Source: Dehalococcoidales bacterium
GTDB lineage: Bacteria; Chloroflexota; Dehalococcoidia; Dehalococcoidales; RBG-16-60-22
Reading direction: 5' to 3'
Assembly (NCBI GenBank): GCA_050014355.1
Contig: JBEKDL010000003.1
Coordinates: 1-53,545, forward strand
Length of the DNA: 53,545 nt
Both the position numbers and the translations under genes were made by a program. Shown here piece by piece: positions 27,008 through 36,612 of the stretch; positions within the stretch are counted from its first letter, which is position 1; every line of letters starts with the position of its first letter. The notes below the pieces were generated by a model. That model was given only the letters and a program-made list of their open reading frames with translations. It did not search any database and was not told where the DNA came from.

Positions 27008-28054
27008 TTATAACACCAGCATCGCGTCACCGAAGCTGTAAAAGCGGTAGCGCCGGTCTATGGCCTCACGATAGGCTTTATCAATCAGCTCTTTGCCCGC
27101 GAAAGAGGTCACCAGCATGAGCAGGGTCGACCGGGGGAGATGGAAGTTGGTAATAAGCCCATCCACCACGCAGAAACGGTGACCGGGAAGGATAAACAGG
27201 TCGACCCAGCCCTGAAATGGCCCGATGCCTGGAGACTGGCTGGAGCGCGCCGCGTGCTCCATGAGCCTGGCCGCGGTCGTGCCGACGCAAATAACGCGGC
27301 GCCCTTCTTCCTTCGCCCGCGATAGCTCATCTGCTGTTCGGCTGTCGAGTATACCGTATTCACGGTAGATGGTGTGCTCACGGGGGTCATCCTCCGTGAC
27401 CGGCCGGAAAGTATCCAGGCCGATGTGCAGTGTTACAAAAAGAATCCGGACTCCCCTCTTTTCAATATCCGCCAGAAGCGCCGGGGTGAAGTGCAGGCCG
27501 GCAGTCGGCGCGGCCACGCTGCCGATGGCGCGCGCATAGACTGTCTGGTAGCGTTCTTTATCTGCCAGGGGCTCATGGATATAGGGAGGCAGCGGCACTT
27601 CCCCCGCTGACATCAGGCGGGACTCATCGCGAAACCGCACTATCCTGATGCCGTCTTCGCCGGTGCCGATAATTTCGGCATGAATCGCTGTTTCCGCCTC
27701 GCCGCCCGATGGTGAAGCGCTGGCGATTTCCATCATCGCGCCGGGTTTTAGACGGCGGGCGGGTCTGGTCAGCGCTTCCCAGACATTCGGTTCCCGGCGC
27801 CGTAGCAGTAGAATTTCCACCTTGCCGCCGCTGACCTCCCTTTTACCTGTCAGCCTGGCCGGTATGACGCGGCTGTCGTTAAAGACCATGACATCGCCCG
27901 GGCGCAGATAGTTGCCTATTTCAAAGAACTTACGGTGCTCCAGAGCGCCCGTCGCCCTGTCCAGCGCCATCAGCCGGGAATGGTCTCTCGGCTCGATGGG
28001 GCTTTGAGCGATAAGCTCCGGCGGCAACACATAGTCGAAATCGCTCGTCTTCAT
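27008..28054 (-). CDS. queA: tRNA preQ1(34) S-adenosylmethionine ribosyltransferase-isomerase
   Basis: DFDY.LP.ELIAQ, FNDSRVIPARL, PLPPYI, YQTVYA..GSVAAPTAGLHFT, ITNFHLPRSTL, YRFYSFGDAM. Confidence 0.97.
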   Translation of the reverse strand: MKTSDFDYVLPPELIAQSPIEPRDHSRLMALDRATGALEHRKFFEIGNYLRPGDVMVFNDSRVIPARLTGKREVSGGKVEILLLRRREPNVWEALTRPARRLKPGAMMEIASASPSGGEAETAIHAEIIGTGEDGIRIVRFRDESRLMSAGEVPLPPYIHEPLADKERYQTVYARAIGSVAAPTAGLHFTPALLADIEKRGVRILFVTLHIGLDTFRPVTEDDPREHTIYREYGILDSRTADELSRAKEEGRRVICVGTTAARLMEHAARSSQSPGIGPFQGWVDLFILPGHRFCVVDGLITNFHLPRSTLLMLVTSFAGKELIDKAYREAIDRRYRFYSFGDAMLVL

Positions 28055-28174
28055 GGTGTTTTCCCGTCACGCTATTACCACTATACCGTCTGAAGGAAAG
28101 AAAGGCAATTTATCACGAGTAAGTGTCAAGCCCGTAACTTGATAAATTTATCGTGTGATAGTATAGTTAAAGAT

Positions 28175-29701
28175 ATGCCTGTTTTAGCTATGGAAAATGA
28201 AAAGTTAGCCTTAAAACCTGGCGCTTACCGGCTATTACATAAAATCATCCGACTTCTCGCCGCGGAAAATATTGCGGCTTATCTCGTCGGCGGGTTCGTG
28301 CGGGACCTGGCGCTTAATCGCGATACGGCCGATATCGATATCGCCGTCGGCGCCGACGCGCGGGATACCGCCCGGAAAATCGCCGCCGCTCTCGGCGGTA
28401 AATATGTCTCCCTGGACGAAGAAAACGGCGTGGCCAGGGTGATTATCCCCGACGAAACATGGCACCTCGATTTTACCACTCTCCACGGCGATATCGAGGA
28501 CGACCTGTTCCGACGTGACTTTACGATTAACGCCATGGCGCTGCCGCTGGATAGTAATATCAAAGCTAGTATCAATGCAACCAGACTCATCGACCCGTAT
28601 TCTGGTCTGGAAGACCTGCGCCGCCGTATTTTAAGGGTTGTCAACCCCGGCGTCTTTGCCGCTGATGCCGTCCGTCTGCTGCGGGCAGTGCGCATCGCCG
28701 CCGAACTGGGACTATGTATCGAGCGCCTGACGGAAATACGTCTGCGCCAGTGCAGCCGTCTCATTTCCACCGTCGCCGGTGAGAGGGTCCGGGAAGAGCT
28801 GCTGCGGCTGCTCGCTTTACCCGGCGCCGGGCACAGACTGACCTATCTTGACGAGCTGGGACTGCTCACCGCCGTCATTCCGGAACTGGAACAGTCCCGG
28901 GGCGCGAGCCAGCCCCGGCCGCATGTCTGGGATGTCTTAACCCACTCGATAAATATGGTGAGCGCCGTAGAGTTCCTGCTCCGGCAAGGGAGCTGGGAAT
29001 ATGCCGCTGAAACCATACTGGCATCCGTGCCCTGGCCGGAGAAATTGAGCCGGCACTTCGAGGAAGAGATTGGACACGGCAGCACACGCAAGACTCTGCT
29101 CAAGCTGGCGGCGCTGCTCCATGACATCGCCAAACCGGACACAAAAGCTACCGATGCCGAAGGACGGACGCGTTTCCTCGGGCACCCCCAGGCAGGCGCC
29201 TCTGCCGCCGCCTCGGTGATGACGAGGCTGCGCTTCAGCAACCGTGAGATACAGCACATCGAGCTGCTCATTAAATATCACCTCCGACCGACACAGATGA
29301 GCCACGAAGGCACCCCCACCCGGCGGGCCATCTACCGCTATTTCCGCGACACCAGCGAGACGGGCATCGACCTGCTTTTCCTGTCATTGGCTGACCACCT
29401 GGCCGCGCGGGGCGCCACCCTCGACCCGCGGCAGTGGGAGGAACATACCCAGATAACCCGGGACGTGCTGGCCAGGCATGAAGAGGAAGCAAATATACCG
29501 AAACAGGTCGGCCTGGTCGATGGACATGACATTATTAACGCTTTCCGGCTAACCCCGGGACCGCAGATTGGCAAGCTCCTGGAAGCGGTGCGCGAAGCGC
29601 AGGCCGCCGGAGAAGTGACCGATAGACAGCAGGCCCTGCTTTACATCGAGCGCTTTCTCGCGCAAGATGATACTTCTGGAACGAATCTAATTAAGGAATA
29701 A
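28175..29701 (+). CDS. Class II tRNA nucleotidyltransferase with HD domain (probably CC-adding)
   Basis: YLVGGFVRD..L.....DIDI, EDDLFRRDFTINAMA, D..RLLRAVR, ERVREEL, LLHDIAKP. ATG 28175 lies 7 nt after TATAGT; the ORF-track TTG at 28139 coincides with the -35 box. Confidence 0.88.
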   Translation: MPVLAMENEKLALKPGAYRLLHKIIRLLAAENIAAYLVGGFVRDLALNRDTADIDIAVGADARDTARKIAAALGGKYVSLDEENGVARVIIPDETWHLDFTTLHGDIEDDLFRRDFTINAMALPLDSNIKASINATRLIDPYSGLEDLRRRILRVVNPGVFAADAVRLLRAVRIAAELGLCIERLTEIRLRQCSRLISTVAGERVREELLRLLALPGAGHRLTYLDELGLLTAVIPELEQSRGASQPRPHVWDVLTHSINMVSAVEFLLRQGSWEYAAETILASVPWPEKLSRHFEEEIGHGSTRKTLLKLAALLHDIAKPDTKATDAEGRTRFLGHPQAGASAAASVMTRLRFSNREIQHIELLIKYHLRPTQMSHEGTPTRRAIYRYFRDTSETGIDLLFLSLADHLAARGATLDPRQWEEHTQITRDVLARHEEEANIPKQVGLVDGHDIINAFRLTPGPQIGKLLEAVREAQAAGEVTDRQQALLYIERFLAQDDTSGTNLIKE

Positions 29702-29703
29702 AT

Positions 29704-31263
29704 ATGGCACGACGAAACGGAATAGTATTTCTCATCATCCTGGTTATTTTTGCGTTGACGCTGATAGTTATACTGCCTATCGATTCGACAAGATTAGGCC
29801 GGAAAGGTCTGCGCCTCGGTCTCGACCTCGTCGGCGGCGTCGAACTTACTTACAAAGCAAACTTCTCGGACAACGTCTCTACCAGCGAACAATCAGCTGC
29901 CATGAACCGGGTATTGTTGACAGTGACAAAGCGTATCGATACTTTCGGTATCGTTCAGCCGGTAGTCCAGAGAGTCGGGTCGAACGAAATCGATGTACAG
30001 CTGCCCGGATTCACCGATAAAGTAGCCGCCCAGAAACTTGTTGAGCAGACAGGCTTCCTGGAGTTCCGGGTGGTGGAAAAGAATAGCGCCGGCAACGTGG
30101 TCTACTTGAGCAACTATTTGAGCGCTAACGCGACAGACTTCTTCGATACTAAAGAAACGGGCAACCGCATCTTTGTCGGTCCCGAAGACTCTTCCGGCAC
30201 TTCGCCGGCCGTCACGTTTTTGACTAAAGACACCACCGGGCTCCATTTTACTGACCCCAACGGCAATCCTATCACCACCGCTAACCTGACGAAGTATTCT
30301 TCCAGCCCGTCATGGATTGCCGCGCGCGGCGATGACGGCACATCGCTTACCGGCGCTCTTCTTTCCGATGCCCAGCCCAATTTAAGTAATAGTACTACAG
30401 GTTCCCAGCCCGTGGTAAACATCAAGTGGAACTCCGAGGGCGAAGTCATCTTCAACCAGATGGCCGCCCGGATTTATGACCCGCAGGGAGACCAGGGGCC
30501 CCCTAACCTCGCGCATGATCTGGGTATATTCCTGGATAGTAACCTTCTATCGGCACCCAAGGTTAATAACTCAAGTTATGCGAACGGCGCAGCGGTAATT
30601 CAGGGCAATTTCACCATGAAATCCGCCACCGAGCTGGCCAACCTGCTTAAATCGGGCGCGCTGCCGGTCAAGCTCACCTTCCTCAACTCTTATGATGTCT
30701 CCGCCACTCTCGGTGCTTTATTTTCTAAAATGGTCGTTAAAGCCGGGATTATCGGCGTGCTCCTGGTTATGGCGTTCATGATTGCTTATTACCGCCTGCC
30801 GGGTCTGCTGGCCAGCCTGGCGCTTATCTTTTACGGTTCACTGTGTTTGACGGTGTTCAAGCTCTTGCCGGTGACGCTGGACCTCGGGGCGCTTGGTGGA
30901 TTCATAGCCTCCCTGGGCATGGCCGTGGACGCTAATGTGCTCATCTTCGAGAGGATGAGAGAGGAATTCCGCACGGGACGGACGCTGGGCGCCGCCATCG
31001 ATGCCGGTTTCCACCGCGCCTGGTCAGCCATCCGGGATAGCAATCTGACCACGATCCTCGCCTGCGTCATCCTCTACTGGCTCGGCACAACATCCGCCAT
31101 AGCCAGCTCCGCCGTGAAAGGCTTTTCCCTGACGCTGGCTATCGGCGTACTCTTGAGCATGTTTACGGCCATAACCGTGACCCGCACTTTGCTGCGACTG
31201 TTCATTAACAGCTCACTGGCCAACCAACCGGGGCTATTTACGGTGAGCGGAGGCAAAAAATAA
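29704..31263 (+). CDS. secD: Protein translocase subunit SecD
   Basis: LRLGLDL.GG, L.SGALP, GMAVDANVLIFER.REE, AIRDSN.TT, VKGF.LTL.IG. Confidence 0.95.
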   Translation: MARRNGIVFLIILVIFALTLIVILPIDSTRLGRKGLRLGLDLVGGVELTYKANFSDNVSTSEQSAAMNRVLLTVTKRIDTFGIVQPVVQRVGSNEIDVQLPGFTDKVAAQKLVEQTGFLEFRVVEKNSAGNVVYLSNYLSANATDFFDTKETGNRIFVGPEDSSGTSPAVTFLTKDTTGLHFTDPNGNPITTANLTKYSSSPSWIAARGDDGTSLTGALLSDAQPNLSNSTTGSQPVVNIKWNSEGEVIFNQMAARIYDPQGDQGPPNLAHDLGIFLDSNLLSAPKVNNSSYANGAAVIQGNFTMKSATELANLLKSGALPVKLTFLNSYDVSATLGALFSKMVVKAGIIGVLLVMAFMIAYYRLPGLLASLALIFYGSLCLTVFKLLPVTLDLGALGGFIASLGMAVDANVLIFERMREEFRTGRTLGAAIDAGFHRAWSAIRDSNLTTILACVILYWLGTTSAIASSAVKGFSLTLAIGVLLSMFTAITVTRTLLRLFINSSLANQPGLFTVSGGKK

Positions 31264-32181
31264 ATGAATATCGTCGGTAAAAGATACTGGTTTTTCCTCA
31301 TTTCTGGGGTGCTTATTATCGCCGCGATTGTTTCGCTGGCTACTTTCGGGCTTAAGTCCGGCATCGAGTTCAGCGCCGGCGTGAGGCTGACCATCAGGTT
31401 CGATAAACCGGTGGACTACAGCGCGTTCCAGCAGGAAATATCTAAACTGGGATACTCCGACGCCATTATACAGAGTGTCGGTAATAGCCAGTTCATCGTC
31501 CGCCTCAAGCAAATAACCGATGCGCAGACCGCCGACCTGCAAACGGCGCTTACCACCGCTTTCGGCAACCTGGCCTTACAATCGCAAGAAACAACGCCCG
31601 GCGCGGTAGCCAACACTCCGCGTAACGCCGCCATTGCCGTGGGCGTCGCGCTGGTAGGTATACTCATTTATGTTACCATCGCCTTCCGCAAAATGCCGCA
31701 GCCTTTCCGCTTTGGCGTTTGCTCGGTCATCGCGCTATTTCATGACGTACTGGTGACGGCGGGGCTTTTCTCCCTTTTCGGCGCTATTCTGGGCTGGGAG
31801 ATTAACCTGATGTTCATCACCGGTGTCCTGACCATCATCGGCTACAGCATCAATAACACCATCGTGGTGTTTGATAGAATACGCGAGAATGAAACCAAAG
31901 GCATCAGCAACGACTTCGAGTTTATCGTGAACAGCAGCGTGGTGGAAACGCTGGGGCGTTCTTTCAATACCAGCATCACTGTGCTGATTACTACGCTGGC
32001 GCTGCTGCTCTTCGTGGGTACGACCATTCAGAATTTTGCTATCGTTTTACTTATAGGTAATATCGTTGGCACCTACGACTCCGTGTTTGTGGCGCCCGGG
32101 CTGCTGGTGGTCTGGGACAAGGGTGAGTGGGGCCGGTTCATCGGGCAGAAAGCAACGCCCGCTGTCGCCAAGGGCAGGTAA
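31264..32181 (+). CDS. secF: Protein translocase subunit SecF
   Basis: GIEF..G, ALFHDV, LTIIGYSINNTIVVFDRIREN, TL.RS.NTS.T, GTY.S.FVA. Confidence 0.95.
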   Translation: MNIVGKRYWFFLISGVLIIAAIVSLATFGLKSGIEFSAGVRLTIRFDKPVDYSAFQQEISKLGYSDAIIQSVGNSQFIVRLKQITDAQTADLQTALTTAFGNLALQSQETTPGAVANTPRNAAIAVGVALVGILIYVTIAFRKMPQPFRFGVCSVIALFHDVLVTAGLFSLFGAILGWEINLMFITGVLTIIGYSINNTIVVFDRIRENETKGISNDFEFIVNSSVVETLGRSFNTSITVLITTLALLLFVGTTIQNFAIVLLIGNIVGTYDSVFVAPGLLVVWDKGEWGRFIGQKATPAVAKGR

Positions 32182-32186
32182 CGGCT

Positions 32187-33119
32187 GTGTCTTCGCGTAA
32201 AACCAGGGCCGCGGCCATATCTATCATCTCCAATAGCACGCTGATACTGCTGAAGATAGTGGCGGGACTCATTACCGGGAGTATCAGTCTCATCGCCGAA
32301 GCCATCCACAGCCTGATGGACCTGGCCGCCGCTATTGTCGCCTTTTTCAGCGTCCGCATCTCCGATAAACCCGCCGACCGGGAACACCCCTTCGGCCACG
32401 GCAAAGCCGAGAACATCAGCGCCGTCGTCGAGGCTATTCTGATATTCGTGGCCGCCGGGATAATCATTTATCAAGCCGTTCAAAGAATCATCAAAGGTGA
32501 AACGCTGGAGCTGCTGGAGATTGGTATCGGGATAATGGCGATTTCCATAGTCGTCAATATCGTCGTTTCCCGGTATTTACGAAAAGTTTCGCGCGAGACG
32601 GATTCCTTGGCCCTCGAAGCCGATGCCGCCCACCTTACCACGGACGTTTTTACCATGGCAGGGGTCTTCGTGGGACTCGTTATCGTCAGGGTGGCCCACC
32701 TGGCCGGGTTCAATCTCAATATCCTCGACCCCATTGTTGCCATGTTAGTCTCTTTGCTGGTTATCAGAACGTCATTTTTGCTCACGACCAAATCATTCGG
32801 AGGTCTTGTCGACGTAAAGCTGCCGGAGGAAGAAGAAACCGCTATCAAAGCGGCTATCACCGAGCACTTCGGCGGTGAGGTGGTCAGTTTTCACCGACTT
32901 CGTACGCGTAAAGCCGGCAGCCAGCGCTATATCGACCTGCACCTAGTCATGCCCCGGCAAATCAGCATCGAAGAAGCCCACAGAATGTGCGACCACCTGG
33001 AAAAAGACATGCGCACCCGCCTTCGCCACACAGATGTCACCATACATGTAGAACCCTGCAATGGCCAGTGCGATGGGTGCGACCTGGTCACGTGCGACTG
33101 GAAAGAGCCTAAGGACTGA
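32187..33119 (+). CDS. Cation diffusion facilitator (FieF-like) transporter
   Basis: S.SLIAEAIHSLMD, KPAD.EHPFGHGKAE, ALEADA.HL.TD, H.LRTRKAG....DLH, IHVEP. GTG 32187 follows the secF stop. Confidence 0.92.
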   Translation: MSSRKTRAAAISIISNSTLILLKIVAGLITGSISLIAEAIHSLMDLAAAIVAFFSVRISDKPADREHPFGHGKAENISAVVEAILIFVAAGIIIYQAVQRIIKGETLELLEIGIGIMAISIVVNIVVSRYLRKVSRETDSLALEADAAHLTTDVFTMAGVFVGLVIVRVAHLAGFNLNILDPIVAMLVSLLVIRTSFLLTTKSFGGLVDVKLPEEEETAIKAAITEHFGGEVVSFHRLRTRKAGSQRYIDLHLVMPRQISIEEAHRMCDHLEKDMRTRLRHTDVTIHVEPCNGQCDGCDLVTCDWKEPKD

Positions 33120-34152
33120 CCAGACAGTGCGTCTTTTTAATGGCGGCTACTAAAGAATCAATATCCGGGGGAAAATGGTGCGGCGGCGGCCCCAGCGGGT
33201 CTTCGATTTCCATTTCTCCGAGAAGGACATCAAAAGTGGCCTTGACCGAGTACGCCAGGGCTTCGAGATTATAGCCCCCCTCCAGCGCCAGCACGAGCCT
33301 GCCCCCGCAAAGCTCATCAGCCAGCGCTTTAATAGTACTTACCATCCAGGCGAAGCCTTTTACCGTAACCTGCATCTCCGCCAGTCCATCCGCCCAGTGG
33401 GGGTCGTAACCCGCCGAGACCAATATTAGGCCGGGATGGAAACGCTTTACCACCGGTATGATGATTTGCTCGAAGACCCTTTGATATTCGGCGTCACCGC
33501 AGCCGCGGGGTAGCGGGATATTCACCTTGGTGCCGGCGGCCTGCCCGCGGCCCGTTTCCCCGATTCCGCCCGAGCCGGGATAGTGCGGGTACTGGTGTGT
33601 CGATACATAGAGGACGGCGGGGTCATTAACGAAGGCTTCCTGGGTGCCGTTCCCGTGATGCACATCGAAGTCGATAACAGCCACTCGCTTGAGGCCGTGC
33701 TTTTTCAGGGCATAGCTGGCCGCGATGGCCACGTTATTGAAGATGCAAAAGCCCATGGCCTGCCCGGGTGTAGCATGGTGCCCCGGCGGCCTGACCAGGG
33801 CGAATACGGCGTTCGCTTCCGCCGCCATGACCGCATCCACCGCCCGGATTACCCCTCCCGCCGCGCAAAGTGCCGCGTCGTAGGAGCCGGGGGACATAAT
33901 GGTCTCGCTATCAAAATAACCCCCACCCGCCTGCCCGATTTCCCTGATACGGGCGATATAGGCCTCGTGGTGAACTAAGGCCAGCTCTTTTTCGGTGGCG
34001 GGGCGCGGTTCGATGAGCGCCAGCCGCTCTTTGAGGCTGGACGACCCCAGCAGGGACATGATTGCCTCAAGGCGCTGTGGGTTTTCCGGGTGCTCGCCGG
34101 TCTCATGCCGGAGATAGACAGGGTCGTAAACGTAGCCGACTTTCTTTTTCAT
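33109..34152 (-). CDS. Histone deacetylase family (AcuC/AphA-like) amidohydrolase
   Basis: HPE.P.RL, RPPGHHA, GFCIFNNVAIAA, DFDVHHGNGTQ, SAGYD.H..D.L, LEGGY. Start ATG 34152 (MKKKVGYVYDP). Confidence 0.93.
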   Translation of the reverse strand: MKKKVGYVYDPVYLRHETGEHPENPQRLEAIMSLLGSSSLKERLALIEPRPATEKELALVHHEAYIARIREIGQAGGGYFDSETIMSPGSYDAALCAAGGVIRAVDAVMAAEANAVFALVRPPGHHATPGQAMGFCIFNNVAIAASYALKKHGLKRVAVIDFDVHHGNGTQEAFVNDPAVLYVSTHQYPHYPGSGGIGETGRGQAAGTKVNIPLPRGCGDAEYQRVFEQIIIPVVKRFHPGLILVSAGYDPHWADGLAEMQVTVKGFAWMVSTIKALADELCGGRLVLALEGGYNLEALAYSVKATFDVLLGEMEIEDPLGPPPHHFPPDIDSLVAAIKKTHCLVSP

Positions 34153-34154
34153 TC

Positions 34155-34769
34155 CTACACGTAGGCGATGATGCCTTTCACGATGAACTGCCCGCCGAAG
34201 TAAAGGAGCGCCAGGCTCAAGACAATGAAGACCCACTCCTGCACCCGCTGTCCCCAGAACTTGTGTGTTTTGAAGATGGTGAAAGAGACCAGGGACAGCC
34301 AGACGAGGTCGCACATCCAGTGCACGATAACGAAGAAAGGCAGCCCCCAGTTACCGACCGCTTTTAGGAAATTCATTAAAAGCAGGCCCCCCACCGTTAC
34401 CCACCACACCAGGAAAAAAGGGTTGAGGCTGCTCATCAGGATGCCGGCCGTAAAAGCGTTATAGTTGGTATCCTTCCCTTCGCTCACGATTTTTCGGCGG
34501 GTGCGGAACATATCGAGGCCCATCCACACAATCATGCCTCCGCCGGCCACGCTTAAAATTAACTGCAACATACTGTTCTGTAAAAAATGCGCCACGCCGA
34601 AATAGATGAGCAGTATCAGCGGCACCTCGACGACGGCGTGTCCCGCCGCGACCTGCACGCCCGCCCACGGCGATTTAAGGCTCTTGGCGAGGGTGACGGT
34701 GAACATCGGCCCCGGCGCCATCACGCCGGATAAAGAAGTGACGATTACCGTGCCCAGAGCAGCCAGCAT
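34155..34769 (-). CDS. LysE family translocator
   Basis: SGVMAPGP, GHA.VE, G...S.LNPFF..WW; multiple TM segments. Confidence 0.88.
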   Translation of the reverse strand: MLAALGTVIVTSLSGVMAPGPMFTVTLAKSLKSPWAGVQVAAGHAVVEVPLILLIYFGVAHFLQNSMLQLILSVAGGGMIVWMGLDMFRTRRKIVSEGKDTNYNAFTAGILMSSLNPFFLVWWVTVGGLLLMNFLKAVGNWGLPFFVIVHWMCDLVWLSLVSFTIFKTHKFWGQRVQEWVFIVLSLALLYFGGQFIVKGIIAYV

Positions 34770-34898
34770 ACAAAACCCCTGAAAGATGAGTTACCCGTAT
34801 TATTATAGCATCTGGGCATGTTTTTTATCTTGCGGATTTAATAAATTGCCATTAGCGCGCAGGCGGAAATCCGAAGGGGAAAAAGGGGGGGCGGCGGC

Positions 34899-34927
34899 TT
34901 GAGTTAGCTTTGTTATTGCTCTATACT
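34899..34927 (+). promoter_or_regulatory. Promoter for nurA
   Basis: TTGAGT, 17 bp, TATACT; SD AAGGAG before ATG 34950. Confidence 0.5.
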
Positions 34928-34949
34928 AAAGCCAAAGGAGCTTAAAATT

Positions 34950-36140
34950 ATGTCACTCGACCTGACCAAAGTAGCGGCCCAGGTGGGCGAGATGATAGCC
35001 GGCCTCAAGGACAGCCGCGCGGAAAGAGACCGGCGCTTACATTTCGCCCTTGAGACTCTCGGCAGCCCGGCCATCGACCTCGACGCTTTAAAGAAGAAAG
35101 TCAAGGCCGGCAAAACGACTTGGCTGGTGGCCGAACTCACGGAAGGGCTGAATAAGCGCTATCCCGCGCCGTCCACCCCTGCTGATTTTACCGTCCTCGC
35201 CACGGACGGCTCGCATATCGATGTCGACCGCCACCGCGCGGCGCGCTGCTACCTGATAAACATCGGCGCGGTGGCTATCAGCTACGGCAGCCAGCCGGAG
35301 GCTTCTTTATCGAGTAATCCCCGTCTTTACTCCGATGACAAAGACCTAGCCATCTCCGCGCCGGGCGGCGGGCGCGAGCAGATAATCGAAGGGGCGCTGC
35401 TCGGGGCAAAGCGCTCCGTCGAGGAGTGCCGCCGTCTGGCCAGTTTAGCCGCCACCCTGCCCATGAATGGCTCCGCCCTGGCTTTGCTCGACGGCACGCT
35501 TATATTGTGGGGGCTGGAGGCCTATCCAGATTTCGTCCGCGACGCCCTGGTCGCCGGCGGACTGCTGCCCTGCCTGGACGCGATGAAGAAGCTCAACAAT
35601 GGCCGTAAACTGGCGCTGGCCAGCTACATCAGCTTCCCGCGCAGCACGGACGTGGTAAACGTTTTACGCGTGGCCGTCTGCCCTAACGACATTCCCGACT
35701 GCGACAAACAGTGCCCCAAAGATAGAGCCTGTGACGGCCTGGCCGGCGTACGCGACCGCGATATCTTTACGGAACTGCTGGATAACCGTGAACGCTCGGC
35801 GCTGTTCATCAGCCCGTCGAAAATAGTTAAAGAGCTTTACGGCGAGCACCAGATATATTTCTTTTACCTCAAGTCCGGCGAGGAGATAGCGCGAGTCGAG
35901 GTGCCGCAGTGGGTGGCCGAAAATGAAGATTTGCTCAATCTCACCCACAGCCTTGTTTTAGACCAGTGCCGGCGCGGCCACGGCTACCCGGTAGCGCTCT
36001 CCGAGGCCCACGAGCAGGCGGTGGTCACCGGTGCGGATAGAGAAAACTTCCAGGAACTGATAGAATCAACACTGATAGAAGAACATCTGCCTAATCCTTC
36101 CTCCGGAAAAAGCTTCAGTAAAAGGACGAGGTGGGTTTGA
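34950..36140 (+). CDS. nurA: DNA double-strand break repair nuclease NurA
   Basis: LATDGSHI, LLDGTL..W, E.ARVEVP.W, GYPVALSEAHEQAVV; herA downstream. Confidence 0.9.
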   Translation: MSLDLTKVAAQVGEMIAGLKDSRAERDRRLHFALETLGSPAIDLDALKKKVKAGKTTWLVAELTEGLNKRYPAPSTPADFTVLATDGSHIDVDRHRAARCYLINIGAVAISYGSQPEASLSSNPRLYSDDKDLAISAPGGGREQIIEGALLGAKRSVEECRRLASLAATLPMNGSALALLDGTLILWGLEAYPDFVRDALVAGGLLPCLDAMKKLNNGRKLALASYISFPRSTDVVNVLRVAVCPNDIPDCDKQCPKDRACDGLAGVRDRDIFTELLDNRERSALFISPSKIVKELYGEHQIYFFYLKSGEEIARVEVPQWVAENEDLLNLTHSLVLDQCRRGHGYPVALSEAHEQAVVTGADRENFQELIESTLIEEHLPNPSSGKSFSKRTRWV

Positions 36141-36146
36141 GAATAA

Positions 36147-36179
36147 CTTAAAACTCAAAGGTTAAAAGTCAAAACTACA
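36147..36179. repeat. Heptamer tandem repeat element (reverse orientation)
   Basis: CTTAAAA CTCAAAG GTTAAAA GTCAAAA CTACA is the reverse complement of the type at 21001-21032. Confidence 0.65.
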
Positions 36180-36189
36180 TGGATACAAA

Positions 36190-36603
36190 ATGAAAAAAAT
36201 CCTTCTTATCAGTCTAGTTCTTGTTACGATTTTGTTTGGCGCCTGCATCGTCGGGAAAAATCCGACTAACCCAAATACGTTGCCGCCCTCGCCGACGCCG
36301 ATTGAAATTACCGCCGTCCAGCTTTACAAAGAATATAAAAACAATCAAACGGCGGCAGACAAGAAGTATAAAGGGAAGGAGTTTACCGTTTCCGGAGCGG
36401 TACAGGAAATAGGCAAAGACCAGTCTGGAACACCGTATTTGCTCTTGGCCGCCGGAGAAAATATGACCAATGGAATCTATTGTACTTTCCCCGATAATTA
36501 TGACACGATATTAGCCAGGTTGAATATAGGACAAAACGTCGGTATCACCGGAGTAGGCGTGGGATTCAAGGATGGAAATGTGCTGTTGGACTCGACGCAC
36601 TAG
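36190..36603 (+). CDS. OB-fold lipoprotein (tRNA_anti-like family)
   Basis: Signal peptide with lipobox LFGAC, Pro/Thr linker, ITA.QL..EY..N...AD.KYKGK...VSG.V..I and L..GQ.V.I.G motifs. Confidence 0.82.
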   Translation: MKKILLISLVLVTILFGACIVGKNPTNPNTLPPSPTPIEITAVQLYKEYKNNQTAADKKYKGKEFTVSGAVQEIGKDQSGTPYLLLAAGENMTNGIYCTFPDNYDTILARLNIGQNVGITGVGVGFKDGNVLLDSTH

Positions 36604-36612
36604 GAGAAACAA

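Noticed and set aside
28107-28160. Palindrome GATAAATTTATC (28141-28152) between divergent queA and tRNA nucleotidyltransferase
   Set aside because: Single AT-rich palindrome with no cognate regulator nearby; insufficient support.
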